Shown one piece after another: positions 18,843-29,064 of a stretch of 64,000 bases of DNA. How positions within the stretch are numbered: position 1 is the first letter of the stretch; every line of letters starts with the position of its first letter. A program made the translations under genes and the position numbers. The stretch covers positions 213,132-277,131 of IMG/VR virus record IMGVR_UViG_3300001782_000005. One strand, given 5' to 3'. The notes beneath the pieces are model-generated. The model worked only from the letters and a program-made list of their open reading frames with translations. It searched no databases and was not told the origin of the DNA.

Positions 18843-19175
18843 ATGACTGTTTATTATAAGGTTTTTGATGAAGAAGGAAACTTTTCCCACTTCTCAAAAT
18901 TTCCTACAAAAAAAGGGGATGAACCATATGCTTCTGATCACCCTGAAGTTATAACTGAGAGAAAGAGATCTATCAAAGATACTCTAAATCCTGATGAGAA
19001 TTTATTTACTCACAGGGAGAAGAGGGGACCTGAATATCCTAATCATAAAGATCAATTAGATTATATTATGAAAGGGTTTAAATATCTGTATGACCAAGGG
19101 ATTGATGTCGGGCCAGATATTAAAGAGTGGCTCAATAAGTGTTTGGCAGTAAAGGAGAAATATCCAAAGGAGTAA
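18843..19175 (+). CDS. Tail fibre assembly/chaperone-like protein
   Basis: EYP...DQLD...W...AVKEKYPK pattern following fibre genes. Confidence 0.6.
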   Translation: MTVYYKVFDEEGNFSHFSKFPTKKGDEPYASDHPEVITERKRSIKDTLNPDENLFTHREKRGPEYPNHKDQLDYIMKGFKYLYDQGIDVGPDIKEWLNKCLAVKEKYPKE

Positions 19176-19179
19176 AAGG

Positions 19180-19524
19180 ATGTACTGCGATGGAGTCTGT
19201 GAAAAGGATGGGAAGAAATGTGGTCATTATATAACCCTTACTATGCATGATACTCAGACCACGAAGACAAGTGTTATTGATCTATGTAGATTTCAAGCTA
19301 TACTTGATTCTCTTCTTAGGATGGAAAAAAATCACTTAGGTATTCAGCAAGCGGTTGAGAGTCAAAGAAATGAAGAAGTCAAAACCGGTGACAAACTTGC
19401 ACAAGCAATGGATACTGGATTTAGACGAGTTGCAAAAGCAACAAAAGATTCTATAGTTTCGTTAAAACCAGAGAAGAAAAAAGTTAGCCAAAAATTACTA
19501 AGTTTTTTAAAGGGAGATAGTTAA
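19180..19524 (+). CDS. Hypothetical protein
   Basis: Coupled ORF in the tail cluster; Cys-rich N-terminus. Confidence 0.55.
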   Translation: MYCDGVCEKDGKKCGHYITLTMHDTQTTKTSVIDLCRFQAILDSLLRMEKNHLGIQQAVESQRNEEVKTGDKLAQAMDTGFRRVAKATKDSIVSLKPEKKKVSQKLLSFLKGDS

Positions 19525-19946
19525 TGGCTGATCTAAGTTCATCAAATTTTCCACCCGAAGTAGTTCAATTTGCATCTGGTGTAAAGCAATACTTTTATCA
19601 GGCTGCTGCTCCAACTGGTTGGACAATTGACGCTACTCTTGGAGATGCTGTACTAGCTGTCCATGGTTCGTCAAGTTATGACGGTTCGGGTAGTGGTGGG
19701 GAACAGAGAGGAACATGGACCCAACCAAATCATACTCACCCTTTCAATGCCGGAACTCACGTTCATACAGGTGTGACCTCGTCAGAACTTGGCCTTGGTC
19801 CGAATTTAAAGAGTAGTGGTGATGATAGTCACTATCACACATTTACTACTGACCCCACGGGCGTTTCTGGTACGACTTCTGGTGGAGCAACTGCAAGTTC
19901 TTGGCGTCCATTCGCCAATGTAGGTATTATAGCAACAAAGGACTAA
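19524..19946 (+). CDS. Short tail-fibre-like paralogue of 18011-18832
   Basis: Near-identical YFYQAAAPTGWTIDATLGDAVLAVHGSSSY and WRPFANVGIIAT segments. Confidence 0.7.
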   Translation: MADLSSSNFPPEVVQFASGVKQYFYQAAAPTGWTIDATLGDAVLAVHGSSSYDGSGSGGEQRGTWTQPNHTHPFNAGTHVHTGVTSSELGLGPNLKSSGDDSHYHTFTTDPTGVSGTTSGGATASSWRPFANVGIIATKD

Positions 19947-19948
19947 TT

Positions 19949-20206
19949 ATGCCCATACCAGATATAAGGATCGCTATTAAAATATTAAAGGATTTTCAGA
20001 TTGGCGTAAGTGATCCTAAAGTTTTAGAAAATGCAGCATCAATTATTTATGCAAATGATATTAAACCTATGTATGTAGTAAATGCAATTAGAAATCTGAT
20101 TGACCCACCAGAAGAGGGTGGTTATGCTTATGCACAAGAATATATTGATCAGCAAATTGAAGATATAGTAAGAAGTTTACACAGACGAAAAACAGGAGTC
20201 TATTGA
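19949..20206 (+). CDS. Hypothetical protein, tandem paralogue 1 (start MPIPD at 19949)
   Basis: Similar to the next ORF (AASI.ANDI.P...AQEYIDQ.I.D). Confidence 0.6.
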   Translation: MPIPDIRIAIKILKDFQIGVSDPKVLENAASIIYANDIKPMYVVNAIRNLIDPPEEGGYAYAQEYIDQQIEDIVRSLHRRKTGVY

Positions 20207-20460
20207 TGCCAGTTCCCAACCTTGAAGATGCTATTAATATCTTAAAAACTTTTAATGTTGAGACATCACCAATTACTTTGCTGCAACAAGCAGCATCTAT
20301 TGTCATGGCCAACGATATTAGACCTGTTGATATTATAAGGGCAATTCGGATCCTTAATGTCTCTGAAGATGAAGATGATGAAGATGATGCACAAGAATAT
20401 ATTGATCAAGCAATTCAGGATTTAGAAAGAATAAGGGATGAGAGGCAAGGGTCTAGTTGA
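20203..20460 (+). CDS. Hypothetical protein, tandem paralogue 2
   Basis: Paralogue of the previous ORF. Confidence 0.6.
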   Translation: MMPVPNLEDAINILKTFNVETSPITLLQQAASIVMANDIRPVDIIRAIRILNVSEDEDDEDDAQEYIDQAIQDLERIRDERQGSS

Positions 20461-20791
20461 TATAAATAAAACTTATTTTCGGGAGAGGTTAATGGAAAAG
20501 ACAGGGAAAATGGCTCACAAGTTTCTTCAACAACTAACTTCTGAAGATTCCAGGGAAATGTTTGAGGGTCTTGCGGATCTTGTGGAGGTATTAGAAAACA
20601 AAAATGACCCAGAACAAACCGAGATGTATCTAGTTCAAAATATCTATCATTTTTTCGAGAAATTGAAAGCTCTTGAAAATAACTTACATAGTTATGTAAG
20701 AGAGTCGGCAGGAGAACTCCCTGGAAATAAGTTGGATATGTTGTATGATGAGACTAAAAGTACTGGGTCTAGTATCCTCTATGAAGATTAA
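20438..20791 (+). CDS. Hypothetical protein
   Basis: ORF within the operon; start uncertain. Confidence 0.5.
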   Translation: MRGKGLVDINKTYFRERLMEKTGKMAHKFLQQLTSEDSREMFEGLADLVEVLENKNDPEQTEMYLVQNIYHFFEKLKALENNLHSYVRESAGELPGNKLDMLYDETKSTGSSILYED

Positions 20792-20805
20792 ACAAAAGGA
20801 TCGAA

Positions 20806-21258
20806 ATGTTACGAGATACATTTGTTGGACCCGGAGCCCAATTTAGGCAGGACAATGGTTTATTATTATTCTATGACCTCTTTAGGTTGAAATGGATAAG
20901 TGCTGCCAGAGAAAATGTGGCTTTTGGAATCGACCATCGAAACATATCAAGTGATAGATGGATGTCCCTTATCTCTAGTATATATTCAAATGTTGTAGGT
21001 TATCGAATTCCTCGAAACGCAACAATCACTGCCGTGACCATCCAAACACAAAATCTAACTACCTGTACATTTAGAATCCGAAAGAACAACTCACCGGCGA
21101 ACATTATGAGTATAAATTTAGCAGCAGAATCAGGAAAATCGAATGACGATCTTGATATTGATCTATCTGAAAATGACTTCTTACAATGTTATTTAGAGAA
21201 TATAACAGGAAATGTTGATTATCCTACTTTATTATTAGAATTGGCATGGAGAGAATAA
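20806..21258 (+). CDS. Virion protein, beta-sandwich family (paralogue of the C-termini of 21275 and 23243)
   Basis: Shared GYRIPRNATI...ELAWRE domain. Confidence 0.6.
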   Translation: MLRDTFVGPGAQFRQDNGLLLFYDLFRLKWISAARENVAFGIDHRNISSDRWMSLISSIYSNVVGYRIPRNATITAVTIQTQNLTTCTFRIRKNNSPANIMSINLAAESGKSNDDLDIDLSENDFLQCYLENITGNVDYPTLLLELAWRE

Positions 21259-21274
21259 ATAGGAGGTATTAACT

Positions 21275-22549
21275 ATGGCAGAAATGTGGACATTACAAAT
21301 TAGAAATGACTCCACTGCCGATGTGTTTATCGAAGACCTTGGCATAAATGTTCCTGCTGGGGACACAATACCTTTTGCTGATCAATTTACATATCCAGAA
21401 ATTGCAGCATCTGACGATCTTCGAACAGCAGTAGGAGGGGGTGAATTAGTTCTCTATGGTTATGATGGAGACTTATCTGCTGCAGATGGACAAGAATATC
21501 TTGAGATGGTTCATATTTATTATCTCAAAGATAACTATTATTCTAAAACTGAATTGCAAACGTCTGGTCAAGCTGAAGTTCATTGGGACAATCTTACTAA
21601 TGTTCCACCATTTGGTTTCTTTACATGGACGGAACCAGTTCAAGCTAGAGTTCTTGTAATTCAAGCAACCCCTCCAGCAAATCCAGATACAGGTGATTTC
21701 TATGTAGATACTGATAATGATTACCTATATAAATGGGATGGTACTGCATGGATTGATATGAAGCACCTGACTGAGGGTGATAGAGTAATCAACCTTGATT
21801 CAACTTCTGAGAACATCTTTGAACTCACAACTGGAACATGGACTGATCTTGGTCAACCAGCAGATAATACTGCAGTCATTGTAAACTTTGATTACAATGA
21901 TTTGCCAGCACTATGGGTTTATGATGACGAGATCTTGCTTGGTTGGATAAGAATAGCTGACTCTGAAATGTTTACCGGCAATACACTAGACCAAGCATAT
22001 GATCAAGGTGGACCTGGAGCAGGTAGAACCATCTATGTCGACTCTGGTGCAGTTCAATTAAGTGCTTCTGGTGGTTATGCTCCTCTTGAATTAACTGATC
22101 TAGCTTCTGCTCCAACTACTGGACTTGCTGATGGTCAATTGGCAGTGATTAATGGTCTGCTCTATGAGTATGACGATGTTCGGACAAAGTGGTTGAGTGT
22201 CCAAAAAATAAGTCTTTTCTTTGGTCGAAGTGGTAATACAAAGAATCAATACCTTAGTTTCGGCGTTGGTACTCTAGCATCAAATAATTCAGGTTTCCGT
22301 ATTCCACGTAACGCAACTATAGTTTCACTTTCTGGACAACTAGATGCATCTGGAACTTGTGATATGAGAATAAGAAAGAATGGTACAGCAACGAATATAG
22401 CCACACTATCAATTGCCGCTGCTCAAGGTGCCCACGATAATACAATAAACGTTGACCTGTCTGCTGGAGATTTTCTCCATTCTTATCTTGATGCTGTTGC
22501 TGGTGTTCCTGATCCAGTACTTATTGTTGAGATCGCTTGGAGAGAATAG
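21275..22549 (+). CDS. Virion structural protein
   Basis: RBS AGGAGGT; GDFYVDT...YKWDGTAW segment; C-terminal GFRIPRNATI...EIAWRE. Confidence 0.65.
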   Translation: MAEMWTLQIRNDSTADVFIEDLGINVPAGDTIPFADQFTYPEIAASDDLRTAVGGGELVLYGYDGDLSAADGQEYLEMVHIYYLKDNYYSKTELQTSGQAEVHWDNLTNVPPFGFFTWTEPVQARVLVIQATPPANPDTGDFYVDTDNDYLYKWDGTAWIDMKHLTEGDRVINLDSTSENIFELTTGTWTDLGQPADNTAVIVNFDYNDLPALWVYDDEILLGWIRIADSEMFTGNTLDQAYDQGGPGAGRTIYVDSGAVQLSASGGYAPLELTDLASAPTTGLADGQLAVINGLLYEYDDVRTKWLSVQKISLFFGRSGNTKNQYLSFGVGTLASNNSGFRIPRNATIVSLSGQLDASGTCDMRIRKNGTATNIATLSIAAAQGAHDNTINVDLSAGDFLHSYLDAVAGVPDPVLIVEIAWRE

Positions 22550-22556
22550 GTGAATA

Positions 22557-23243
22557 ATGACAACATGGAAAGATATAATTGCGATCAACGATACAACGAG
22601 CGATATATTCCTGGAGGACCTGGGAGTAACTATCCCAGCGTCCTCCCAAGTTTCGCTACATGAGCAGTTCGAGTTTTCAGAAATAGCGAATGCTGATCCA
22701 TTAAAAGTTGAAGTAGCAGCAGGAAATATAATCATAAATAATGGTACCTCAAATCTTTCAATATCAGATGCTTTATACTATATAGACTATTGGGGTAAAT
22801 ATGAGTATAACTCTGAACAAGCATTTATTGAGGGTTATGTTTATGCGACTCAAACTTTAGTAGCGGATGATACTTATAAGGATTTAGAAATATCAAGTTT
22901 ATCAGTTACACCCAAGAATGCTGAATTAAATAGTAATACAGAAGTTAAGGCATTAATAGGAGGAATCTATTCGATAAGTTATAAAGTTGCTTTCCTCTAT
23001 ACTGGTAATGCTGCAATTATTCAATATACTACAATCGCCTCTAAGAATGCAGTTGATATATCTAGGTCAAGAAGAAATGACTGGTCTCAATACTCTAATA
23101 CTCGGGTTACTCTTGATTCAGGGAGGTTTTTGACAAGACTTAATGCAGATGATTTAGTAAAGATCAGAGCGAAGGTTAGTTGGAAATATGATAACGTAAC
23201 TATTGAATATGCTAGCTTATTACTACAAAGGTTATATGAATAA
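22557..23243 (+). CDS. Virion structural protein with a C1q/BclA-C-like C-terminus
   Basis: N-terminus paralogous to 21275 (DIFLEDLG...FxxxEIA); GIYSISYKV...LNADDLVKI. Confidence 0.55.
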   Translation: MTTWKDIIAINDTTSDIFLEDLGVTIPASSQVSLHEQFEFSEIANADPLKVEVAAGNIIINNGTSNLSISDALYYIDYWGKYEYNSEQAFIEGYVYATQTLVADDTYKDLEISSLSVTPKNAELNSNTEVKALIGGIYSISYKVAFLYTGNAAIIQYTTIASKNAVDISRSRRNDWSQYSNTRVTLDSGRFLTRLNADDLVKIRAKVSWKYDNVTIEYASLLLQRLYE

Positions 23244-24055
23244 TGGCAGTATACTACTACAATATAACGAATAATACTAGTAATCCAATTAGGTTGCCTA
23301 GTAATCAAGTAGTAGATGCCACTTCTACAGTTAGTTTAACTTTACTTGAGTTTAGAACTTATTGTGAACAAGATGATGAATTTTTGGAGTATGTATATAA
23401 TGGAGATATAAGTGTAAGTTTTGGTCCTGGATATCAATCAGTCCATATACCAATACCTTCAGATGGAATTCATGAAGTATTGAGAAATACTGATAAGATA
23501 AAAGGAATTGAAGTTGATGATTCTGGTATAAACCCTAGTTATTTCTTAACCTATAGAAGTGGTAGTGGGAAAATAGAATATCAACCCGTTGCTCAGTCAT
23601 CCCTAACAACTCCTGACACAACAGCGGTTCTTTGGATTGATACTTTAAATTCTCTCATATGCTTTTGGGATGAGGCAAGAGGTAAATGGTTAGCAACAGT
23701 CAAGAACGTTTTTGCATTTGGTAAAGCTTCTCTATCAAGAAATACTTATTTGAATGTATCTGGTATTGCACCCAGTTCAGCAAATGTGGGTTATTTTGTA
23801 TTTAGGTACGCAACTATAACAGGAGTATGGTGCAAAGTAGCGAGTATGACTGGCGCTTCAGATCCCTATATGGAAATAAGGACTATATTAGATGGAACGT
23901 TGTTCACTTTTGAAATACCAGACCCAGGTCTTGTATATTATAATAATGAGTTGAATATTGATATAGATAAAGGGAGGGTTCTTCAATGTTGGGTTAGAGA
24001 TAGGTTTGTAGACCCTGTTGTTCAAGTTGAAATGTCGTGGAGATGTGGAATATGA
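23243..24055 (+). CDS. Virion structural protein
   Basis: C-terminal domain paralogous to 20806 and 21275. Confidence 0.55.
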   Translation: MAVYYYNITNNTSNPIRLPSNQVVDATSTVSLTLLEFRTYCEQDDEFLEYVYNGDISVSFGPGYQSVHIPIPSDGIHEVLRNTDKIKGIEVDDSGINPSYFLTYRSGSGKIEYQPVAQSSLTTPDTTAVLWIDTLNSLICFWDEARGKWLATVKNVFAFGKASLSRNTYLNVSGIAPSSANVGYFVFRYATITGVWCKVASMTGASDPYMEIRTILDGTLFTFEIPDPGLVYYNNELNIDIDKGRVLQCWVRDRFVDPVVQVEMSWRCGI

Positions 24056-25788
24056 GGAAATTCTTAAAAAATCCGGGAGCATCTGATTTCTTGATAGATG
24101 ATATGGGTCAAGCGCTTCCTCCTGGAGATGAACTTGAGATTCTTCAACACCAACTTCATGCATATTTAAATAGTGAAGATTTAATACAAGCAATTAGAAA
24201 TGGAGATATATTAGCTGGAGATGGTTGGACATACTATACAAACCCAGTAGAGGGTGAGTTATATTTTAGAACTAGATTCGATGATGATACTTATATTGTA
24301 GATGGCACATCAGTTACACAAATTACTCCTGCAGTTGTTCAAGATCAAACAACTGGAAAAAAGGGTACAACTCTTTATATGAATCTCATAGGCATTATGA
24401 GGGAATTATATAATGCCCCTGAGAATCCTATATACGATCCTGACTTTCAGAAGTTTATTGGTCCTGGTGGAAGAGAAGTTGAGCATCTAGCACGAACTCT
24501 GAACCTTGAAGAAATACATGATAAAACTGGGTTTCATTGGATAGAATTACATAAAGGTGGTTATTATAAACCATTTGATCTATTAACGTATTATGGATGG
24601 TTGAATTCCTTTAACTATTCGGATAATAGCTGGAATAACGAAAGTGTTGCAAAAGATATGGCCAGATATAATTTGATTATATTTGGTGACGGTATACAAG
24701 ATCCTGGTCATGGAGATTATTCAAATACTGAGATTATAATACCAAGGGTAAAAGCATTAAATCCGTGCGCTCTTATCTTTGGATATGTAACTGCAAATCA
24801 ATCTCAAGCAAATTTTGAAACCAAAGTTGATCAATGGAATGATCTTGAGGTACATGGGATCTTCATGGATGAGTGTGGTTATGATTATGGAATAGATCGT
24901 TCCGAATTTAATACTTTAGTTGACTACATTCATTCACAGACTAGTGCAAATTTAGTTATGACAAATGCTTGGACCACGGATCATATTATTGGTACGGCTA
25001 ATGATCCTTCATATCCAAATTCAACTTATAATCCAGGTTTGGTTGAATCTCATCTAACAGCAGATGATTGGATACACCTTGAAAGTTTTCCAATCAATAC
25101 AACTGAATATTCAGGAAATAACGGTTATGAATCTAGAACTGAATGGGCGAGTAGAGGTGTAAAAGCAATAGGACATAGAGATACATACGGTATTAATTTA
25201 GTTGCAGGTGGAATAATTAATAACGATAATTCGAATGGACAAGACTTATTTGATTTTGGTTTTATCTCTGCCTGTATGTTTGCTTTAGATGGATATGGAA
25301 CTTCAGATACAGGTTATGGAGCAAGTTCAGCAACTGTTGAATTCTGGAATCGACCAGATGTCAAAGGAGCTGGAAGAGTATGGGCCCCTGCTCCATCTGT
25401 TCAGAATGATATTAGTGATAACCAGATCTACTGGAGATATACCGATTTTGCTAAATTTATGTTAGATTTCTCTAGTGGAGCAGAAGATAGTTCAATAACT
25501 ATTTTTGGTCAAGTGACTGCTACAGCACCTCCTGGTAGCGGTCCAACTATGAAAACAGGAACAACTACAACTAATAATCAAGGAGATGGATCGGTTACCT
25601 TTAATACCGCATTTCCGGATATGAATTATTCTATTGTGATGTCTGCACAATATCCAAACGATGTTGCTGTTTGTATGTGGCAAAATAAGACAGCTGGTGG
25701 TTTTGATATAAGAACTGAGAATGATCAAGGGAATAATGAACCAAATGTTACTGTCGACTGGGCTGCTACTGCTCATTATGATCCTTAA
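24052..25788 (+). CDS. Virion protein with a glycoside-hydrolase-like TIM barrel and a C-terminal lectin-like domain
   Basis: IFGYV...HGIFMDECGYDYG (spherulin-4/GH135-like pattern); C-terminal VTFNTAF..NYSI...GGFDI; ATGA coupling at 24052. Confidence 0.55.
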   Translation: MRKFLKNPGASDFLIDDMGQALPPGDELEILQHQLHAYLNSEDLIQAIRNGDILAGDGWTYYTNPVEGELYFRTRFDDDTYIVDGTSVTQITPAVVQDQTTGKKGTTLYMNLIGIMRELYNAPENPIYDPDFQKFIGPGGREVEHLARTLNLEEIHDKTGFHWIELHKGGYYKPFDLLTYYGWLNSFNYSDNSWNNESVAKDMARYNLIIFGDGIQDPGHGDYSNTEIIIPRVKALNPCALIFGYVTANQSQANFETKVDQWNDLEVHGIFMDECGYDYGIDRSEFNTLVDYIHSQTSANLVMTNAWTTDHIIGTANDPSYPNSTYNPGLVESHLTADDWIHLESFPINTTEYSGNNGYESRTEWASRGVKAIGHRDTYGINLVAGGIINNDNSNGQDLFDFGFISACMFALDGYGTSDTGYGASSATVEFWNRPDVKGAGRVWAPAPSVQNDISDNQIYWRYTDFAKFMLDFSSGAEDSSITIFGQVTATAPPGSGPTMKTGTTTTNNQGDGSVTFNTAFPDMNYSIVMSAQYPNDVAVCMWQNKTAGGFDIRTENDQGNNEPNVTVDWAATAHYDP

Positions 25789-25805
25789 TTCTACCGGAGG
25801 ATAAT

Positions 25806-26891
25806 ATGCCAAAAAAACCAAAACCGACAGAACCACCACCACAAACAACTACTAGCACGACGACATCAACTGTAACAACTAGTACTTTGACAACTACTAT
25901 ACACGCTGATTTATTTACAACCACAACTTACTTTTTTGAGGAGGAAGAAGATATGTACTTTCGACCGAAAAACCTTTTGATTTATTATGGTTGGTTGAAT
26001 GCTTTTAATTCTGCCCAGAATAGTTGGGATAATGAGAAGGTTGCTAAAGACCTTGCTAAATATAATTTGATTGTATTTGGAGATGGAGTACAAGATCCAG
26101 GTCATGGTGATTTTGCCAATACACAAGTAATCATTCCTCGAGTGAAAGAATTGAATGCTGATGCCCTCATCTTTGGTTATGTAACTGTAAATCAGGATTA
26201 TTCTGTTTTTACTACAAAAGCAAGTCAATGGAATAGTCTTGCTGTCCATGGAATCTTTATGGACGAAGCAGGATATGACTATGGGAAAAATAGACAAGAG
26301 TTTAATCAAAGAGTAGATTTTGTTCATAATCAATCAGAAGCGAATGTTTGTTTTGCAAATGCATGGAATATTGATCATGTCCTTGGAACTGATGAAGATG
26401 CTTCTTATCCAAACTCAACTTATAATCCAGGTTTAGTCGAATCTAACCTAGATGAGAATGACTGGTACTTGATGGAGAGTTTTCCAATCAATACAGATGC
26501 ATATACGGGTGGTTATGAACCACGAGCAGATTGGAAAGTTAGAGGCGAGAAAGCAGTTGATAAGAGAAATCAGTGCCTTATAAACCTAGCTGCTTGTGGA
26601 ATTATAAATGATGATAATGTTAACGGTCAAGTAATGTTTGAGTTTGGTTTTACTTCTGCCTGTATGTTTGCTCTTGAGGCATTTGGAACTTCAGATTCAT
26701 TTTATGGAGCGAGTTCTGCAAAATCTCAGTTCTGGGCAAGACCACCTACCCTTGGTATAGGAATAATCTCAAAATATGACATAACAATTGCAGATGATAC
26801 TGGAGATGTCTATTGGAGATATGTCGAATTTGGAAAGTTTATGCTTGACTTTACAAGTGGAGCCGAATCAAGTAGCATAACAAAATGGTAG
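25806..26891 (+). CDS. Paralogous glycoside-hydrolase-like protein with a Thr-rich N-terminus
   Basis: Extensive identity with the central domain of 24052 (YYGWLN, FGDG.QDPGHGD, HGIFMDE). Confidence 0.6.
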   Translation: MPKKPKPTEPPPQTTTSTTTSTVTTSTLTTTIHADLFTTTTYFFEEEEDMYFRPKNLLIYYGWLNAFNSAQNSWDNEKVAKDLAKYNLIVFGDGVQDPGHGDFANTQVIIPRVKELNADALIFGYVTVNQDYSVFTTKASQWNSLAVHGIFMDEAGYDYGKNRQEFNQRVDFVHNQSEANVCFANAWNIDHVLGTDEDASYPNSTYNPGLVESNLDENDWYLMESFPINTDAYTGGYEPRADWKVRGEKAVDKRNQCLINLAACGIINDDNVNGQVMFEFGFTSACMFALEAFGTSDSFYGASSAKSQFWARPPTLGIGIISKYDITIADDTGDVYWRYVEFGKFMLDFTSGAESSSITKW

Positions 26892-26915
26892 AGTGTGGAT
26901 CAAGGGGAATAATAA

Positions 26916-28031
26916 ATGCAGATTGGTCGTGTGGGAGATGTTATTCATGAAGATTTCACGGTTACTGATACTGCTGGTAATCGAATCCCCGGAATTGATT
27001 CCACTGCGTTTACATATCATATATTCGATGATACGGGGGCCGAAGTAAGTGCAACGGTCCCTGTATCTTTTACGGAATTAGGGTTTGGAAATTATAGATC
27101 TAGCTTTATCCCAAACGCAACTGGTGATTGGTATCTTATTGCTTATCATGATACCTATTTCCCTTGGGGTAAAGCGGATACTATTCAAGTGTTTGAGAAT
27201 ACATTTGATACTTTGGTACCTTTGCTTCAGAGGATTCTTGGCCTTGTTCAGGAAAACTTTTATATTGATCAGACGACATTCAACGAATTTGGATGTATGA
27301 TAACTGGCCGAATTAGAATCTATGACGATGCTGGAGATGTTGGAACTGATATTGGGGTAATTGAGACATATTGTATTACAGCAACTTATGATGCCGAGGG
27401 AAGACTGGAAACATATGAGGTTGTAACTTGTGGAAATCCCGGAAATCCAGGAAACCCTCATGGAATGCCGGTTCCACCAACTATAACTACAGTAACAACT
27501 ACTACTGCTCCACCAGTAACTACAAGCACGTCAACTACAACAAGTACAACGACTACAACCACAACAACCTCAACAGCAACTACAACGAGTCCAGACTGGA
27601 GACTTTCAAAATCAATTCTTTTAAGTTCAGGAACTATTAATTCTGGAACAATTGTTAATACCTATACTGAAAATAATACATACCTTATATTAAACGAGAT
27701 AGCCGGAAATCCTGGATTTGATTTTAGATTTGATTTTAATGATGTACCAACATCTAATATTGATATTTGTCTTGCTGGTTACTATCAAGGAAACCCAGCA
27801 CATAATGTTAAAATTAGAGCATGGAACTTTAATACTTCTGTCTTTGACGACTTAACTGCTGCTACCACTGATTTTCCAAGTATAGTGGTGAAGAGTAGCT
27901 ATAAATTTACAATTCAAAATGCTAATTATGTAAGTGGAGTTGGGCAAGCAATTATACAGATTATTCATACATCGAATGGGTCAGCGGGTCACTTGTTCCA
28001 TATTGATCATCTCTATTTGTGTGACCCATAA
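26916..28031 (+). CDS. Virion protein with a Thr-rich linker
   Basis: Two beta domains joined by GNPGNPGNP and a poly-Thr tract. Confidence 0.6.
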   Translation: MQIGRVGDVIHEDFTVTDTAGNRIPGIDSTAFTYHIFDDTGAEVSATVPVSFTELGFGNYRSSFIPNATGDWYLIAYHDTYFPWGKADTIQVFENTFDTLVPLLQRILGLVQENFYIDQTTFNEFGCMITGRIRIYDDAGDVGTDIGVIETYCITATYDAEGRLETYEVVTCGNPGNPGNPHGMPVPPTITTVTTTTAPPVTTSTSTTTSTTTTTTTTSTATTTSPDWRLSKSILLSSGTINSGTIVNTYTENNTYLILNEIAGNPGFDFRFDFNDVPTSNIDICLAGYYQGNPAHNVKIRAWNFNTSVFDDLTAATTDFPSIVVKSSYKFTIQNANYVSGVGQAIIQIIHTSNGSAGHLFHIDHLYLCDP

Positions 28032-28048
28032 GTTGAGGGAACAAATAT

Positions 28049-28267
28049 ATGAATGCTACTAGTGTTGCTACAAAGGGGATAATTTGTTGTCCCTGTCCTG
28101 GTCTTATTCCCCCAGTAGGCGGCGCGGAAGTTTTGCGTATTGAAGAAGAAGAGATTAAAAGACCTTTGGTCATGGTTAAGAAAGTTGAATTAGAAGAAAC
28201 TAAAGAAAGGGAAGACCTTACAGTAATTGAAGTGACCAAAGTAAAGTTTGATAATAATAATGATTAA
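28049..28267 (+). CDS. Small hypothetical protein
   Basis: ORF with RBS GAGG. Confidence 0.5.
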   Translation: MNATSVATKGIICCPCPGLIPPVGGAEVLRIEEEEIKRPLVMVKKVELEETKEREDLTVIEVTKVKFDNNND

Positions 28268-28284
28268 TTAGAGAGGATATTGCT

Positions 28285-29064
28285 ATGGCACTTAAATTAA
28301 AAGTCAATGAGAAAAGAACCCTTCAATTTGAAGTTCAAATTGGCGGCATTGATTATAAGGAACTGGTCGGGACACTTCGAGTTGTAGTAGATGATATTGA
28401 ATATGGATTTCCGGCCGAAGTGCGTAGTGAATCTATCTCTGTTGACTTGCCAGCATTAAATAGAGTCGTCAAGAGATCTCTAAAAGACGATGAACTGCTA
28501 ATGACTAAATTAGAGATCATAGGAAATGGTTTTTATATGGATCCTTGGAGAAGTGAATTTAGGGTAGTGAACCCTGTAAAAATAGAAGCAAAGGTTATTA
28601 CCGAAGAAGATGAAGAAATCAAGAAAGAGAAAAAAGAGGTTAGTGTTAAATTAATAGAAGATGAAACTGTTATCCCTAAGAAGGGAGATAAGAGAAAGAT
28701 TATAATTGACGACGATGAAGATGAAGCAAGTAAGATGGTTGAGCAAAGACTAAAAAGAATGCAAAATGCTGTTGATCGCTTTCTGACTGAAGGATTTCCT
28801 TCACCAAAAAAGAGACCTGTGAAAAAGAAGAGGACTTTAAAGAAAGAAGCCAAAACGCATATTCGGCCGGATCAAATTACTGAACAAGAAGTTTATAATT
28901 TAATGGAAGAAAAGGGTATGAAGAATTCTAAAGCACAGGAGGCTCTACTTGAGAGAGCAAAAGCAATGTGTCTCAGAGAAGATATGACATCTGAACCAGA
29001 TCCCTCAGATGTCTATGAGGTTATAGAGAAGATGCTCTCTCCGAGGGATATAATAGATGGATAA
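28285..29064 (+). CDS. Hypothetical protein
   Basis: ORF with RBS GAGGA. Confidence 0.65.
   Translation: MALKLKVNEKRTLQFEVQIGGIDYKELVGTLRVVVDDIEYGFPAEVRSESISVDLPALNRVVKRSLKDDELLMTKLEIIGNGFYMDPWRSEFRVVNPVKIEAKVITEEDEEIKKEKKEVSVKLIEDETVIPKKGDKRKIIIDDDEDEASKMVEQRLKRMQNAVDRFLTEGFPSPKKRPVKKKRTLKKEAKTHIRPDQITEQEVYNLMEEKGMKNSKAQEALLERAKAMCLREDMTSEPDPSDVYEVIEKMLSPRDIIDG

Noticed and set aside
18398-19940. Diversity-generating retroelement TR/VR pair
   Set aside because: Differences are not adenine-specific, both copies are coding, and there is no reverse transcriptase in the window.
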